A DNA stretch of 63,983 bases, filler included, from Octopus bimaculoides (Eukaryota), in the NCBI RefSeq assembly GCF_001194135.2. It is 6 parts of 6 records of this genome, joined end to end, with 100 filler letters (N's around TTAATTAATTAA, not from the genome) between each part and the next. Parts side by side here need not be neighbours in the genome. Positions count along the whole stretch, not along the records: positions 44,399 to 55,791 come from NC_068983.1; positions 55,892 to 62,748 come from NC_069010.1; positions 62,849 to 63,983 come from NW_026418833.1; 3 more parts are not named here. One strand, 5' to 3'. Under the pieces are notes generated by a model. It was not told the DNA's origin. It did not search any database and saw only the letters and a program-made list of their open reading frames with translations. The position numbers and the translations under genes were made by a program. This document shows positions 54,125-63,983 of the stretch, piece by piece (positions within the stretch are counted from its first letter, which is position 1; the number at the start of each line of letters is the position of its first letter).

Positions 54125-54600
54125 CCATACAACCATCCTCTCTACCTTACATTCCAGTCGCCCACTAACACTAAAGGCCAGGATGTTCCAAGGTAAACTT
54201 CCAGACGTCTGAAGAAATCCGGCTGCCCTACTACTGTCGGAGCATAAACAGCCACGAATCTGAGGGAACGCCGCCACTACTGATTACATCCAGGACTACA
54301 AACTTACTTTCTGGGTCCAGGAAGATAGTCCTTTTCTTCAGATTCAGGCCTCTACAGAACAACACCGCCGTTCCACCTCCCATTCTCAGCTGACATGGAG
54401 ATAAATGTAGCTCGTATCCACAGAAAATGGGCATAAAAGCTTGTCGGTCGGAGAGTCTTGTTTCATTGATGGTCACTACATCTTCACTTAGTGACCTGGG
54501 GTCGTTGAGTAGATGGCCTTGTTTCCAAAGTGACCTCAGACCACATGCATTTAAACTGCCTACTCTGAGTAAAGACATGTTTTCCGGATGATCGGCTGTT
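54125..54600 (-). mobile_element. Tx1/L1-like LINE ORF2 5' fragment: apurinic endonuclease N-terminus
   Basis: MSLLRVGSLNACGLRSLWKQGHLLND..SEDVVTINETRL...GGGTAVLF and, after a frameshift, FVAVYAPT...LVLVGDWN. These are APE motifs GSLNxxGL, (Q)ET and GDWN. Confidence 0.85.
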
Positions 54601-54911
54601 CCTTTCAGCAGACGAACAATTCTCCTTCACCATCTCCTAAACAAACACCAAAATAGCGCCTAAGGGTTACAGATGGAGAACTAACCAACTCCCCAAGGTC
54701 CTGGTTAGTTTATCTATGTAACAAATGCCGCTTAGTATTTTGCCCGGCGTGCTAACGATTCTGCCAGCTCGCCGCCTTCAGTAACAACAACAACAACAGC
54801 AACAACAGCAATAACAACAACAACAATAATAACAGCAACATAACAACAACAACGAGCGGGACCCGTGGAAATTCCACGGTAAATGTCAGCATATTTGAAA
54901 AGATTATGTTA

Positions 54912-55322
54912 GGCGCAGGAGTGGCTGTGTGGTAAGTAGCTTGCTTATCAACCACACGGTTCAGGGTTCATTCCCACTGCGTGGCACCTTGGGCAAGTGT
55001 CTTCTACTATAGCCTCGGGCCGACCAAAGCCTTGTGAGTGGATTTGGTAGACGGAAACTGAAAGAAGCCCGTCGTATATATGTATATATGTATGTATGTG
55101 TGTGTATGTTTGTGTCTGTGTTTCCCCCCCCCCTCAACATCGCTTGGCAACCGATGCTGGTGTGTTTACGTCCCCGTTACATAGCGGTTCGGCAAAAGAA
55201 ATCGATAGAATAAGTACTAGGCTTCCAAAGAATAAGTCCTGGGGTCGATTTGGTCGACTAAAAGGCGGTGCTCCAGCATGGCCGCAGTCAAATGACTGAA
55301 ACAAGTAAAAGAGTAAAAGAGT
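54912..55322 (+). mobile_element. Full-length tRNA-derived SINE, family A
   Basis: Head ggcgcaggagtggctgtgtggtaag...ggttcattccc with A/B-box-like segments, an internal TA/TG microsatellite, and a tail ...gctccagcatggccgcagtcaaatgactgaaacaagtaaaagag. Near-identical to 16050-16457. Confidence 0.9.
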
Positions 55323-55734
55323 ATATTAAAGACAATCAAAGTATTTCGGAAAAATTCTTTTGAAATCCTGCCATTTAATAAAAACTGTACTTTTAAACAT
55401 AATCGAAATAAACTTGGAAGTTATTGCTTATTTACCTTCTTTTAATATGTTAGACAGGTGTTTGACTATTTATAGTTTAAGGAAAAACATGAATTTAAAA
55501 AATAAAACCTAATAGTGTCGATGCTCCAGCATAGTTACGACCTTTGATTTGGAACACTTCGGAGATAAAAATATAATATCCACGTCTATTTGCTAACTTG
55601 GGTTTATTTCACTTTCATTTATCTGCCTCTTGACATATCTTTTCATTTATAGATTTTCATGACATAGTTTCATTATGTTAAACATTTCGACTGTGACTGC
55701 GATTTGAATACACAAATGCAAAAGAATATAGATT

Positions 55735-55791
<57 letters not shown>

Positions 55792-55891
55792 NNNNNNNNN
55801 NNNNNNNNNNNNNNNNNNNNNNNNNNNNNNNNNNNTTAATTAATTAANNNNNNNNNNNNNNNNNNNNNNNNNNNNNNNNNNNNNNNNNNNN

Positions 55892-56045
55892 TTTTCCTCT
55901 TTTAAGGGTTGCTTTGGCACATTTTTCTAATCCGAATTTCATATCTATTTCCTTGGTAAATCCGTGTACTGTCTGTAGTAGTGTTTCTAGCTCTTTGTCG
56001 TTTTTAGCATATAATTTTAGGTCATCCATATATAGAAGGTGGCTG
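55892..56045 (-). mobile_element. R4/Dong-like LINE RT fragment (YMDD region), running into a gap
   Basis: LLYMDDLKLYAKNDKELETLLQTVHGFTKEIDMKFGLEKCAKATLKRGK. The 5' junction is a (TAA)n tract at about 56057-56118. Confidence 0.88.
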
Positions 56046-56054
56046 ACTGTTGTC

Positions 56055-56117
<63 letters not shown>

Positions 56118-56120
<3 letters not shown>

Positions 56121-56338
56121 AGCGGCGAACTGGTAGAATCGTTAGCACGCCGGAAGAATTGCTTAGCGATAGTTCGTCTGTCATTACGATCGGAGTTCAA
56201 ATTCCGCCGAGGTCGACTTTGATTTTCATTCTTTCGGGGTGGATAAATTAAGTATCAGTAAAACACTGCAGTCGATGTGATCGACTAGTCTCCTCCCCAC
56301 TAATTTCAGGCCTTGTGTCTTTAGTAGACAGGATTATT
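56118..56338 (+). mobile_element. Full-length SINE family C lying in a (TAA)n tract between two LINEs
   Basis: gcggcgaactggtagaatcgttagcacgccgg...caaattccgccgaggtcgactttg...caggccttgtgtctttagtagacaggattatt. Confidence 0.85.
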
Positions 56339-56344
56339 ATTGTT

Positions 56345-58213
56345 ATTATTTCTATTTATCACAGGTTTTCTGGTAGCTCCTGGTGTCTTGCATGCGTAGA
56401 TGGTTTGCGACCTGCAGCCTACGGTACCATGATATCCGTTCTTTTCAGCTATCATATACTTTCCTGATTATTCTAGCTGTGCCAAGGAGGGAAATATTTT
56501 GTAACAAGTCTATTGTATACACTATTTCAATTTTCCTTATATTCCTGATGATGCCTTTAGATACTGTTCCCAAGGAACCAATAATAATTGGCACTGTCTT
56601 CACCTTCTTCATTTTCCATAGCCGTCTGTTTCGTATCTATCTATCTTTTCGGCTTCCTTCTTGACCATTCCTGGGTCAAACTGGTATGCAACATCAACTA
56701 TATAGCATATGTGGTGCACCCTCTCTACCACCACAATTATGCTCTAGCACCTGATCTGTTTGGATTAGGAAATCCCAGAGAATTTTGCTAATCTCCGACC
56801 CCACCACTCTCTGCGGTTTTTGCATATACCACATTTTGCTTCTCTCTAGACCCTAATTTTCGCAGTAGTGGTTTGAGGCACGTCTAGCGTATTCGTTCAT
56901 GATCTGGGCAACGGTTTCATCCACCCTACTACGGATGCGGCACAGCGGAAGCACTGGCTCATTCCTCTGGCTGACCATTCAGTTCGTAACCAAAGCTTAG
57001 CCCAGCGCTGCCAGTATAGTGTTCTCGATCTCTTCTTTTAGTGTTCTTTTCATCAGCCAGTCTCACCTATTTTTTCCAGCAACTTCTGAAATGATTCTTC
57101 TTCATGTCCTTTTTGTACTTTTTCCTTTTGTTTTCCCTTGTTTTCTCTGTTTTCAATACTCCCTCGTTCCTAACTGTCATGAGCAAGGTTTCCTTACTTT
57201 AGGCTAGGTATCTCATTAAGCTCTCGAGTTCGATACACACGCAGTCTTCTACATTTATTAGTACTCTTCCTCCGTTTGCTCTCTTCATGTATAGGCGATC
57301 AGTGTCTGCACGTGGATGATGGGCTTCATGCATCGTTCCAGCGCCATACCGAACTATTGCGACTGCACGCGAGATTATTGCCGAAATTGCTGGCATTTAG
57401 CTTTGAAGCCAATATATTTCTTACTCGCCGTAGGTATTCTCTTTTTGTCTTCTCCTTCATATGCATTGTGTTTGATTTCATCTGCCCGAAGTATTCCTAG
57501 GTGTTCATAGCGGGATCGATGTTGAATCGGCTTCATCCTTTCACCACTTGTCAACCGTATGCTCTTCTGTCCTGAGAAGCTTTCCTCTCCTGATCACCAT
57601 CGTAGCACATTTTCAGACTCCATACTCCATCTTAATTTCATTGGATAAAATCCGCACAGACTGGACTAGGCTGTCCAGTTCTGCCTCAGTTTTTGTGAAT
57701 AGCTTCAGGTCGTCCATGAACAGCAATTGGTTCAGTTTTCCCTTACCTCTTCCCAGATCATACCGCAACTTTGTCTTCTGTAGTATTTCACACAAAGGGA
57801 ATCATTCCTAGCACGAAGATCAATGGGGACACATTATCTCCCAGGAAGATTCCTCTCTTGATTCTCACCTCTCCTAATGCTTGATTCTTTGCTGTCAATT
57901 TCGTTCACTAGTCGTTCCATTCCATATAAGGCTTCACATATTTTCCCCTATTCCATACATTTCCATTGTTCTTATTATCCAGGAGTGTGGATTCATATCG
58001 CATGATTTAAGATAGACAACCCATAACATATTCTGGTCGTGTGTCTTCTCTTGCAGTCCCTGATAATTAAATTATCAATTAAGAGCTGACCCTTCGTTCC
58101 ACGACTCCTCTTTCGGCACCCTTTCTGTTCAGTAGGCAGCAGCCCACTTTTTTCCAGATATCTATACAGTTTACCGGCCAAAGCACCTGATATTAATTTC
58201 CACATTTGCAGAA
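56345..58213 (-). mobile_element. Degraded R4/Dong-like RLE non-LTR retrotransposon (RT through 3' end)
   Basis: RT motifs [23 protein letters not shown] and LLFMDDLKLFTKTEAELDSLVQSV, then YKYLG-like and LHPRADTDRLYMKRANGGR segments, a knuckle, and an RLE PD...VPIIIGSLG region. The 3' end grades into an aataataacaataataat tail at about 56335-56355. Many stops and frameshifts. Confidence 0.88.
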
Positions 58214-58313
58214 NNNNNNNNNNNNNNNNNNNNNNNNNNNNNNNNNNNNNNNNNNNNNNNNNNNNNNNNNNNNNNNNNNNNNNNNNNNNNNNNNNNNNNN
58301 NNNNNNNNNNNNN

Positions 58314-59900
58314 AACCCATTCAAAGACACGAACCGTGAAAAAACGTGCTTCACAATCGGTCTCCACACCCTCAATGCGTGCCTGTGCATTGGCAGCAAG
58401 AGCATTCCTAACTCGTCTTTCAGAAAGAGCTGAACAAAGATGGGTTACTCGATAAACGAAACACTTCCCTTCCACGAGAAATTAATCCAATCAGCTAGAA
58501 TCTGGGACAGGGCACGATGGTCATGTGATAATCAATTAAATAAGTGATAAGACATTTCCTCATCACTTCCCGACCCTTAGCTTTATTTCGGCCCATTTCT
58601 GATTAAGACTAGCGACGCTGCTAATTATCTCTTTTCAGTCGTTCTCTACCTGGACGTAGGGAGAAATCCAGACACCAAGTAGTTTAACCCGTTCACCGTA
58701 CCAGGATATAGCACGACGCTTCTCATCAGCTCGAACCTGCCTCTCCAGATATCGAGCTGTATACCTACTCAACTGTCCGAGTTTATCTTAGTGCATGCCA
58801 CCGTTTCGTATTCTTTTAATATGGTACCGTCTGTTTTCACTTCGGTGGTATCCAATACCATGACAATGGCATCGTCCGCATAAGCTGACAAGGACTTTCC
58901 AGTTCGAAAGAAACATCTTTGAACTGGTTCCAACTATCGCTGTTGTGACTCAAAACTCGGTGCCTACATGTGAGGCGAGAGAGAGAGAGGGTACCCTTCT
59001 TTAAGAAAAGGCTATAAACTTTGACCACCGAGTAGGTGTCCCTGTAAATTGCAGGGAATAAGCTTGCAAAAAAGTGTTCGAACTCGGCCGCTTCTTGTTT
59101 TTCGTTCAAGTAAAGATTGTCGACCCTAACAAAGGCTTTCTACTGGTTTTTACCCATATCTTCAATTCTGAATTTGGAAAAGTAAGAGGCCGAAAATTGC
59201 ATAATGTTTCTCTTTTTCTTAGTAGAAGCAGATTATCTTAACATGGTAATTTTCGCCTTCTTCCTTCGCTCATCGCCTTCAGTACTTGAGCGAGTGTCAT
59301 CAGCTTCTCACTGCACCCCACGTCCCTTTCAAGTAGTCCATCGAGGTAGGCACTGAAGTCACCTATTGTCGCTGATTCATTACCTGCCCCGGAGCCATAC
59401 ATATCTGTTCTTCGAAGCCGAGTAACACGCACCGTTTCTATCCGCCAAAGGCCAAATTGTGGGTTTTTGTTCCCTCGTGTTTTAATGCAGAGACGTTCGC
59501 TCTGACAACGCAGTCTTCTTGTTTTTCATTGAAGAAGTGCTCAAGGGCCAAATTGAACACTAGAATGTTGGTTGCCATGCTTTTACCAAACACCTCTCCT
59601 TTCCACTCTATTCCTCTTTATTGGTAGCTCTTTTCTAAACACTTTCGATTATGATCTAATAGGCCCCTTAAGTACATCCTACCACCGGTTGTTCATGGTT
59701 GATTCTGTCATCTGATGCTTAACTAATTCCTTAAAACTCTTCTTATAATCTTTGCCAGCTGGTAGGGATACGTCCAGCTTCCAACTACCCCCTCTGAGTC
59801 TAGCGTTCTGAGATCATTGAACTGAGACCATTGTTTCCGAATTGATTCCTGGCCACGTGCATTTATATATCTCACTCTAAGTACAACCATGTTTGTCAGG
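58314..59900 (-). mobile_element. Tx1/L1-like LINE ORF2 fragment (end of APE domain, linker, RT)
   Basis: WKLDVSL (the APE C-terminal WKLN-type motif), NNRW, DFSAYLDGL, KAFVRVDNLYL (KAFDRV-type), SAYADD, and a TKIN..VGIQLDIWRG segment. Multiple stops. Confidence 0.8.
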
Positions 59901-60170
59901 CAATGATCACTCATAAGTTCACGTGTTCGATTCCTGGACAGGGTGGCACGTTGTGTTCTTTAACAAGGCACCACATTTCGCTTTGGCCCAGTTTTCTTAA
60001 CTGAAAATGAGTCCCAGCCTAGTGATGGTCATCCATCTCTCACTTCATGTCTTATCCCCGCTGTCCCATTGAGTCAAGGATAAGAAGACAGAGAGGGTGT
60101 CTCCGTTTACGCAGGCACCCAAAACAATTAGCGAAAGCATAGTACAAGCTACCTGGTCATAATGGCTTCC
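59900..60170 (+). mobile_element. Degenerate SINE (family B-like head and core)
   Basis: gtgttcgattcctggac...gttgtgttctttaacaaggcac..cagttttcttaactgaaaatgagt. Confidence 0.5.
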
Positions 60171-60227
60171 GAGTGATGGCTGTGAATATATTTTAACAGA
60201 AGGGAAGAAAGTAACATTTCAGTTTAC

Positions 60228-60290
60228 CTCTGCTCCTGGACAGTTTGTCACTTCTGAATCATTGCACATCATCCCTGAACATGTCTGACA
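60228..60290 (-). CDS. 63-nt Cys-rich internal exon, CQTCSGMMCNDSEVTNCPGAE (phase 0/0); resembles the start of a Ly6/uPAR three-finger-type module
   Basis: Acceptor tttacag| and donor GAG|gtaaac flank it. The length is a multiple of 3 and only one frame is open (the other two hit TGA). It has four Cys in a CxxC-x4-C-x7-C pattern and is a unique-sequence island between repeats. Confidence 0.65.
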
Positions 60291-60465
60291 CTGTAAATTC
60301 CGTTGAAATAACGAGTAATCTAGAGAACATAAATAATTATCCATATTTAGGAACCAAATAGTGTCATGCATAGCAATAACAAGAAATACTTTGTGATGTC
60401 AAGCAAATGTATACGTGATAAGTGTTGGAATAAACACGTTAGACATATAACCCAAATTATTAAGG

Positions 60466-60541
60466 AAGACTATAAACATGTTCTTATTTATTAACAAAGA
60501 CTATAAACATGTTCTTATTTATTAACAAAGACTATTAACAT
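60466..60541. repeat. 31-bp tandem repeat, about 2.4 copies
   Basis: aagactataaacatgttcttatttattaaca twice, plus a partial copy. Confidence 0.9.
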
Positions 60542-60680
60542 TTTCATGATATATGAACTATAAACATGTGAACAATAAACGTGGTCATAATATATGAACT
60601 GAGCCAAACAATATTTGAATAAAAACTAAAAAACATTAGCAATAGTATGTTGTTCTTTTAAATATATAAGTTTATGTGTC

Positions 60681-62210
60681 ATTATTCAGTTTTATTTCAA
60701 GATTTCTTGTCATTAGAGACAGAACCGGTTTTTAACATAGATCCAAGGCTCCTTCATCAGAATTTCAGCAACATCAAACAGGGTACTTTATATGTATGTA
60801 TGTATGTATGTATGTGTGTATGTATGTATGTATGTATGTGTGTGTATCTATGTATGTATATATGTATGTATAAGTACAGATTCGTATGTTTTGCCCTATG
60901 TATGTATTTTCATGCATATAATTGCATATCTAGGACATAATTATATATATATTTAAATGATAAACTTCTGGAAAGTTCTTACGTTTATGAATTTGTTTTT
61001 CAAGACTCCTGATGTAAAATCGTGTGTTGAAACGGATATTCTAGTATTTCGCGATGGTCATATATTTTTTTTCGCCAAAGAAACTCACGTTTATTATTGT
61101 TCTTATTCTAACTCAAGACCATTGTCTGAAAATCTTTCGTCACACATCTTTGACGTCTTCAGCGACACTTTTCGTGTTCGTGTGTGCTCTTGTTCCACAT
61201 ATTTCATTCTACTCTACTTTTGGTAAGTTTTATAGATATTTACAGTCCCGGTGGTGCTGAGAAGCCTAATTTCTCAAGATTGGTATTTAGACAGTGTGTT
61301 ACATATCCATGTGCCCCAATAATAATCCTGAACTTGTAATCTGGATAGAGTAACTGCCAATTTCTCCACAGTTCAGCGTAGGTATTTTCTCTTTCGCTGA
61401 TCTTCAGCTTTATGCTAACATCCGCTGAGCAGCTAATTTCCACAACTATACACAGTTTCTATTCTTTATCCCAAATCATTATATCAGGCTTGTTGGGCTA
61501 ACATTTTATTGAGTCGTTACTGGGACATTCCATCAGTACTCCTTTGTAATACGAGTGGCAATGGCTTCCACCATATTGTGGGTACTTATTTCTTTGTCCT
61601 CGATGTTAACCTTCTGATGGATTTCATTATATAGTGTGCTAACTATAACATCATGCCTCATCGATAGATAACACTGTGATCATATTTTGGGATAACTGCT
61701 TATGATGTTTGTGATATCTTCGTTGTTCACTCTACAAGGTCTACATCGGTTCTCACATTTTACTGCTTATCCTACATCTCTGTCCTTCTTGTGTATCAGG
61801 TATTTGGTTGTTATTTCCTGTTCTTGGATTACAAACGCATATTCTTCAATGTAGGGGGCAGTAATCCCCTTATTGCTCCCTGATAGACTGCTTTGATGAT
61901 CAATGTTACTATCAACTCTGAGTGTTCTACTAGCATATCTATGCATAGACTTCGGCTCATTTACGCTCATCCTTTCATCTGATAATGCGGTAGAGTCGTG
62001 TGACTTCTTTGAGTTAAGGTCATCAGAGAAGGAATGCTGCTCAAGGTGCTGCCTTCCAAGTCTTGTGATGTTATCGGCCTCATATATGCAAAGTTGGTCA
62101 AGGGATTCACCTCGATACTTGGCTGTAAAAGATGTTGCCGAAGGGATATGTTACGACTTTCGAAGGAATTTTGGATCGATTTTAAGCCTCTGCCGCCTTG
62201 TTTTCGTTTT
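60681..62210 (-). mobile_element. 5'-truncated, degraded RLE-clade (R4/NeSL-like) non-LTR retrotransposon: RT C-terminus, CCHC-like knuckle, restriction-like endonuclease and 3' UTR; interrupted at about 60990-61250
   Basis: Contains QEQEITTKYLIHKKDRD, a knuckle region CENRCRPCRVNNEDITNIISS...MRHD, and RLE PD..EISCSADVSIKLKISERENTYAELWRNWQLLYPDYKF..IIIGAHGYV. The ORF end RTFQKFII* lies near 60955-60985, followed by a 3' UTR with a (TACA)n tract ending near 60681. Confidence 0.85.
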
Positions 62211-62848
62211 TAAGTATGTATGTATGTATGTATGTATGTATGTGTATATCTGTGAGTATCTGTGCGTATGTGTGAATGTATATGTGCGTATATACATTCC
62301 TATACATAATGACATATGTTTTCTTGAATGATGTATATAATCGATCCCCATTTTAAGTCCATCACTTGGAACCATGGCTGCCTTTGACAGAGTCTTCTCT
62401 GTTGTAAACAATCAAGGCATGTCTCTGGTTTGAGGGTATCTTCCTCCCTTCCTCCAGCCAATCACAGCAGCATTGGAAATGGTCATGGGCACTGACTGTT
62501 TTCCTGGATAAACTACAAATCTTCATACGTGTGTCAGTACCGTGCGCGTGTGTATACATCTATATATATGTATATACATATAAACGCGTGTGTTTATATA
62601 TACATATCTTCCATATTTAAAACTTTTAACAACCTCATATACACACAACAAGGCTTCTTTGTGATCCGGTCTACACCAGTTCAGTTAGCTGGACATTGGT
62701 CCATAAGATTAAGGACATCTTAAAATCATCATAGAGTCATCCTACTTGNNNNNNNNNNNNNNNNNNNNNNNNNNNNNNNNNNNNNNNNNNNNTTAATTAA
62801 TTAANNNNNNNNNNNNNNNNNNNNNNNNNNNNNNNNNNNNNNNNNNNN

Positions 62849-62887
<39 letters not shown>

Positions 62888-62969
62888 CGAAAATACAAGA
62901 TTTACCACTTTTATGAAGGGAGATAAATTCTATGACATATGAAAGAAATTACATATCTGTGCTTTTTTT

Positions 62970-63420
62970 TTTTACACCAAAGTGATATCCATCTTGACCA
63001 AATACTCAGATTAATGGATACTGAAGTGCATCATATGATCGATGGGTTGCATCTTATTTCCTCTTCCTTGAATAATAGCATCTCTCTTCCCGTACTTATC
63101 GCCTGTAATAGTTGCTCCTACTTCATTTGNNNNNNNNNNTTATCGCCTGTAATAGTTGCTCCTACTTCATTTGCTGCAGGGGCATTGTAGCGGCCTCTGT
63201 GCTCTGCATTGGGCTTTTTGTTTGCATCAATTACTATCTTGTATTTAATGGATGGTGTAGATTCCAATGCATACTTGAAGCTTCTGATGTAGCTATTGTT
63301 TGCATGCAACATATCTTGCAGATCAAAGATTAACTCNNNNNNNNNNCTATTGTTTGCATGCAACATATCTTGCAGATCAAAGATTAACTCTTGTTTCAAA
63401 TTTGGAAGGTTAAATGACCG
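62970..63420 (-). mobile_element. Helitron Rep/helicase fragment (pseudogenised)
   Basis: Translations LIFDLQDMLHANNSYIRSFKYALES...YKIVIDANKKPNAEHRGRYNAPAANEVGATITGD and, after a frameshift, HRSYDALQYPLI*VFGQDGYHF are characteristic Helitron RepHel N-terminal-region motifs. Stops and frameshifts are present, and two 10-N gaps have duplicated flanks. Confidence 0.85.
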
Positions 63421-63764
63421 TTGCAAATCCTGATCCCTAAAATAAGTAACCTTCCTTTGGTTCTAATTCCCTTGTAACAGTCTGTTGGTCAAGTTCAATG
63501 CTGAATGTTTCTACCAATTACCCTCTGATAAAGGTAGCTTTTGTGCATTAATCCATTTCTCGATTATTTTTTAATGTGTTGCTGTCCTTGAAGAACCTAA
63601 TGTGCTTTTTATGACGTGCTATGCCGACACCTTTACCAGTTACCTTTTGCTTCATAATTTCTATAGTGGTATTGATGTCAAGTATGGATTTCAATCACTG
63701 NNNNNNNNNNTTGTAACCGCCTTTAATTTAATGTTCAGCTAACAAATATATAACATTTACTTAC

Positions 63765-63983
63765 CAAAATCTTGTGTTTTGGTAACAAGCGAAGTGTTAC
63801 ACCATTCACTTTAACATCAACCATGCGAGTGTACGAAACCTTCATGTTATTCCATCGATGTTCATTCTTCACTTCTACACTGAATGTCGTCAATGAGGAG
63901 CCTTTAGTTGTTGATGCAAGAGTATATTTACATGTTCCCATGAAATGTATCATCTGACCATCAAATGTTAAATAATGTGGATC
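63765..63983 (-). CDS. Internal exon (runs off the window edge) encoding the N-terminal half of a von Willebrand factor type D domain; IgGFc-binding protein/zonadhesin/mucin-like secreted protein
   Basis: The minus strand translates stop-free over 73 codons as DPHYLTFDGQMIHFMGTCKYTLASTTKGSSLTTFSVEVKNEHRWNNMKVSYTRMVDVKVNGVTLRLLPKHKIL. This matches the VWD start motif (G)DPHYxTFDG...F.G.C.Y and the F.V..KNE.R...VS segment. It ends at a consensus donor TTG|GTAAGT (phase 0) at 63764. Confidence 0.93.

Noticed and set aside
117-54168. Dozens of long ORFs rich in YI/HT/CV/poly-I/poly-L/poly-M or X
   Set aside because: They are translations of (TA)n, (CA)n, (TAA)n and (CAT)n microsatellites and N gaps, and are open only because the repeats lack stops.
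62375-62525. HALIV...RQPWFQV resemblance to DIRS elements
   Set aside because: Too short and frameshifted to support without a search.
63096-63390. 34-bp and 44-bp direct duplications flanking the 10-N gaps
   Set aside because: These are exact duplicates either side of tiny gaps, typical of unmerged contig overlaps.
63430-63700. Possible LTR-retrotransposon integrase tail (ARHKKHIRFFKD)
   Set aside because: Only a vague resemblance, with no DDE or GPY/F motif visible.

Overview
This is a eukaryotic, AT-rich, microsatellite-saturated draft-assembly window with many N gaps. The SINE, LINE and microsatellite content resembles a coleoid cephalopod, probably Octopus; that assignment is pattern recognition, not a database result. 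No rRNA, true tRNA or CRISPR array is supported, and almost all ORFs in the supplied track are microsatellite or gap artefacts. Host gene: one clear minus-strand exon at the right edge encodes the N-terminal half of a von Willebrand factor type D (VWD) domain (63765-63983). A second, Cys-rich 63-nt minus-strand exon lies at 60228-60290, so much of the window may be intron of a secreted VWD protein. Decayed mobile elements make up most of the identifiable sequence: R4/Dong-like restriction-endonuclease (RLE) LINEs, several adjoining (TAA)n tracts; Tx1/L1-like LINE pieces; a Penelope-like GIY-YIG fragment; a Tc1 relic and two mariner relics; a Helitron Rep fragment; four families of tRNA-derived SINEs; and several palindromic MITE-like elements, one built around back-to-back telomeric repeats. 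The most interesting signal not explained by the ORF track is a set of five minimal type-I hammerhead-ribozyme-like motifs, two of which share the non-canonical core CUGUNGA. All peptide identifications come from manual translation and motif recognition, and most repeat boundaries are approximate to about 10-30 bp.
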